Source of the DNA: a virus
Lineage: Duplodnaviria; Caudoviricetes
Virus record (IMG/VR): IMGVR_UViG_2974521131_000001
Span: 19,725 to 83,724 of that record
Strand: one strand, 5' to 3'
DNA length: 64,000 nt
Shown: one piece after another, positions 61,724 through 64,000 of the stretch
Numbering within the stretch: the first letter of the stretch is position 1
How the letters are laid out: the number at the start of each line of letters is the position of its first letter
The notes under the pieces: generated by a model
The model's input: the letters and a program-made list of their open reading frames with translations, nothing else
Told to the model about the DNA's origin: nothing
The model's database searches: none
Translations under genes and position numbers: made by a program

Positions 61724-61757
61724 GGTTGTGTCCCTTCTCCGTGTGATGTGTGTGCAT

Positions 61758-61810
61758 CTAGGCACAGCAGGGAATGCATAGACGCGCTATGTATCCCCCT
61801 CCCTGTCTAG
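61758..61810 (-). repeat. Intergenic hairpin element E14
   Basis: CTAGGC ACAGCA [stem] CTCC CT GTCTAG. Confidence 0.85.
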
Positions 61811-61968
61811 TTGCCCCGTACTACCGGGAACATGTACACCGCGCCAATGGTGCCAGCCGCTACGACCAGCACCGCCAACCACGGCGATACCACAGCTGCA
61901 TATGCCCCGATATTCATCGCGACGATGAACAGGGCAACGGTGACGATGAGAGCCAGCAACTTACGCAT
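61807..61968 (-). CDS. Two-TM membrane protein
   Basis: MRKLLALIVTVALF..; stop inside E14. Confidence 0.6.
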   Translation of the reverse strand: MRKLLALIVTVALFIVAMNIGAYAAVVSPWLAVLVVAAGTIGAVYMFPVVRGN

Positions 61969-61979
61969 TGCCAAACCCC

Positions 61980-62258
61980 CTACACCGCTACCCGACGCAA
62001 ACCACCACGACGACCGACGCCGTAGCGCACCATTGGGTAGTCGTGGAAGTTCATCCCGTCGGAGCAATCGCAACCATCGTGCGGATACAGATCCATGACG
62101 CCGTAATCGGAGTACTCAGAATCTTCTGAGAACTCAGTGGTCAGATACGGGTTATCCACCACCTCGCGACGGAAAAAATCTACCGCCGCACCCATGGTGG
62201 GGAACGTCTCGTGACCATTGGTGAACGGGCCATAGTTGATATGCGCGCAAACCTGCAT
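61980..62258 (-). CDS. Hypothetical protein (first recognisable gene of the leftward array)
   Basis: ACACATAGGAGA RBS variant. Confidence 0.6.
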   Translation of the reverse strand: MQVCAHINYGPFTNGHETFPTMGAAVDFFRREVVDNPYLTTEFSEDSEYSDYGVMDLYPHDGCDCSDGMNFHDYPMVRYGVGRRGGLRRVAV

Positions 62259-62259
62259 T

Positions 62260-64000
62260 GTTCCATCTCCTATGTGTGAGATATGTGCAGGTCAGACGAC
62301 CAGCACCCTTCAGAACACATAGACTCGCTATGTACTCTGAAGGGTGCCCTTAGGGAGAGAAGATTGACATCTAGTCTCTCTAAGGACACCCCCACACTTG
62401 GAATAGGAGAAAAGAGAGTGATCCTCAGTACGCCACGAATTAATCGGCTCACCTGCACCGTGTGAGGTATGCAGGGCTAGCGAAACGTGACCCTATGCCT
62501 TACGCCCCCGTATTCCACCTAGGTGCCTACCGCCTGTAGGTCTACCCGTGTTAGTTCCGTCTGTTGAATGTCACGCGGTTCAAGTCACGCGCGAGTGATA
62601 CCAGCCCAATCGGGGGAGGATCGATGGCCATCTAGATAGGCGATTGCAGGTGCCGAAAAACATGCACCACGCCCATTACCGCGACCATCACACTATGGAG
62701 TTCTCAAGCAACATTTAAGGACACCGACGCAGCCGTCAGCAGTCCCGCACGCCCTCGCGGGCCATGCGATTAACGGGTAAAACTCCTTTCAGAAGACAGT
62801 GTTATGTAGGACCGGTGAGGCCCTCTTTCGAGGAACTCGCTGGCCGAACAAGAACGAAGTTACGCCCTGGTGCCCAGCAACGCAATAGACCCCCCTAGAT
62901 GTGGGGTACTTAAACGGGTCTGGCGGGTAGGCTGACCTGCATAGATACCCGTATATGTGACGTGCATCACATAGGTGATTTGAGGGTCTACAGCAAACGT
63001 ACGCTGACCTGGTCAAATACAGGTTGACCAGCTCAGCATGGGTACTTAGCAGGGTCTAACAAATATCGGGGTCAGCAAACGGTAATTCGTCTGAATATCG
63101 CTCTGACCTGCATAAAAAATAGTTTCAGCTACCTATCTAACTATGTGGTTTGGACGCAATCCGCGGGAGCGACCCAGCAAACGCCGGCTGAGGCACGAAA
63201 ACCTAGGTTGACCTGGTGTTATGGGAATTTTCAGCTAAGTTTTCGGCCTGAACTCGGATTTTTGATATGCGTACCCGTGCATAAGTGCAGGTCAGCGCGG
63301 TATCGGTCGCATAAGTGCAGGTAGATTGATTTTCCTAGGTGACGTACTACGCACGGTAGTAGGGAATTCTGTTTGCTGGCAAACCCGTGTTGGTCTAGAC
63401 CAGAAAACAGAATCTGCTGGTCAGACGGATATGGCCCGTGCCAGCTGTACCTAGATGGGGTCGAATCGTCCCGATATGGCAAGGGTCAGCTACTGCATAA
63501 CGTGCTGGTCAGAGCGCTAGCAAACACGTGATTCTGCAGGTGATTGCGTGGGATATGGGGATATGCGTAGGTAAGGCTTACCTAAGGGATAAGTGCCCTT
63601 AGTCCTCCCAGTGCATGCGTATGTGGGGACACTCGACAGGATGGGCCATTGCTACCCCCTGAGAGCCACGTGTAGGCACGCGCTAGGTGGGTCTGGATAG
63701 ATCGGATAGGTAGCGCTATCCCGATCGCTCACAGGGCCACACAGACCCGATACATACCGATATATCGGTAGTGCATGCACGTGATACACCATGCTCACGG
63801 GTCTAGTCAAGGCCTACTGACCAGTAACATATGAGGTTACTCACCAGTAACGTAAGCCATACTGTTGCCCTATCAGTACCGCATAAGTTACCCACGAGTA
63901 ACCAAACATGTGTTCCGCACAGCTGACCTGGGGAAACCATATCCCATGGGACGGGTGGGGGGTATCCCGACCAGCCACGATGGCCGGACACCCCATGCAA
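62260..64000. promoter_or_regulatory. Non-coding, palindrome- and repeat-rich region
   Basis: No ORF with phage-like GC3; lower GC; multiple (C/T)TGACC(T/A)G copies. Confidence 0.55.

Larger units (their letters stand above)
53304..61743 (-). repeat. Dispersed extended RBS CACGGAGAAGGG (9 exact copies plus variants)
   Basis: + strand CCCTTCTCCGTG at 56862, 58550, 59032, 59365, 59668, 60452, 61007, 61488, 61732, each just before a start codon. Confidence 0.9.

Noticed and set aside
54024-61810. CRISPR array reading of the repeated elements
   Set aside because: Repeats are not identical, the intervening DNA is whole genes of 100-1000 bp, and no cas operon is present; the Cas4-like nuclease sits with ERF as a recombination exonuclease.
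54024-61810. Classical integron with attC sites
   Set aside because: No GTTRRRY/RYYYAAC cores and no tyrosine integron integrase in the window; kept only as an analogy.
54024-61810. Ordinary intrinsic terminators
   Set aside because: Most elements have no U-tract on the coding strand, and they share a conserved internal loop and outer stem.
62283-64000. Short ORFs in the right-end region
   Set aside because: Low GC3, no RBS, no recognisable motifs.

Overview
This window is the central and right part of a temperate, tRNA-rich actinobacteriophage genome. Its gene content resembles what is reported for Cluster M mycobacteriophages (serine integrase, RtcB, tmRNA, large tRNA set), but no database comparison was run. 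From left to right: (1) 1-14.7 kb, rightward tail and lysis genes (tape-measure C-terminus, minor tail proteins, lysin A, holin, lysin B, NrdH); (2) 14.7-19.2 kb, a leftward operon with an RlaP-like nucleotidyltransferase; (3) 19.2-19.7 kb, a non-coding divergent region; (4) 19.7-37.1 kb, a rightward recombination/replication/regulation block (ERF, exonuclease, ClpP-like, SSB, initiator-like, DnaB, two WhiB-like, resolvase, DUF5664, DnaQ-like, HNHs); (5) 37.2-42.6 kb, an RNA island with about 25 tRNAs covering all 20 amino acids, a tmRNA, three anticodon-less tRNA mimics (two circularly permuted, YrlA-like) and a ~770-nt GOLLD-like RNA carrying an embedded tRNA; (6) 42.6-49.4 kb, RtcB with phosphatases, a SLOG protein and a 2OG-Fe(II)-like protein; (7) a phiRv1-like serine integrase with a candidate RDF; (8) 50.8-62.3 kb, a leftward array of small genes separated by at least 14 copies of a covarying RNA hairpin sitting at the upstream stop codon and usually followed by a conserved extended RBS; (9) 62.3-64 kb, a non-coding repeat-rich region. 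The strongest candidates for under-described systems are the stop-codon-coupled hairpin cassette array and the tRNA-mimic/large-ncRNA/RNA-repair island. All family assignments come from motif recognition by eye.
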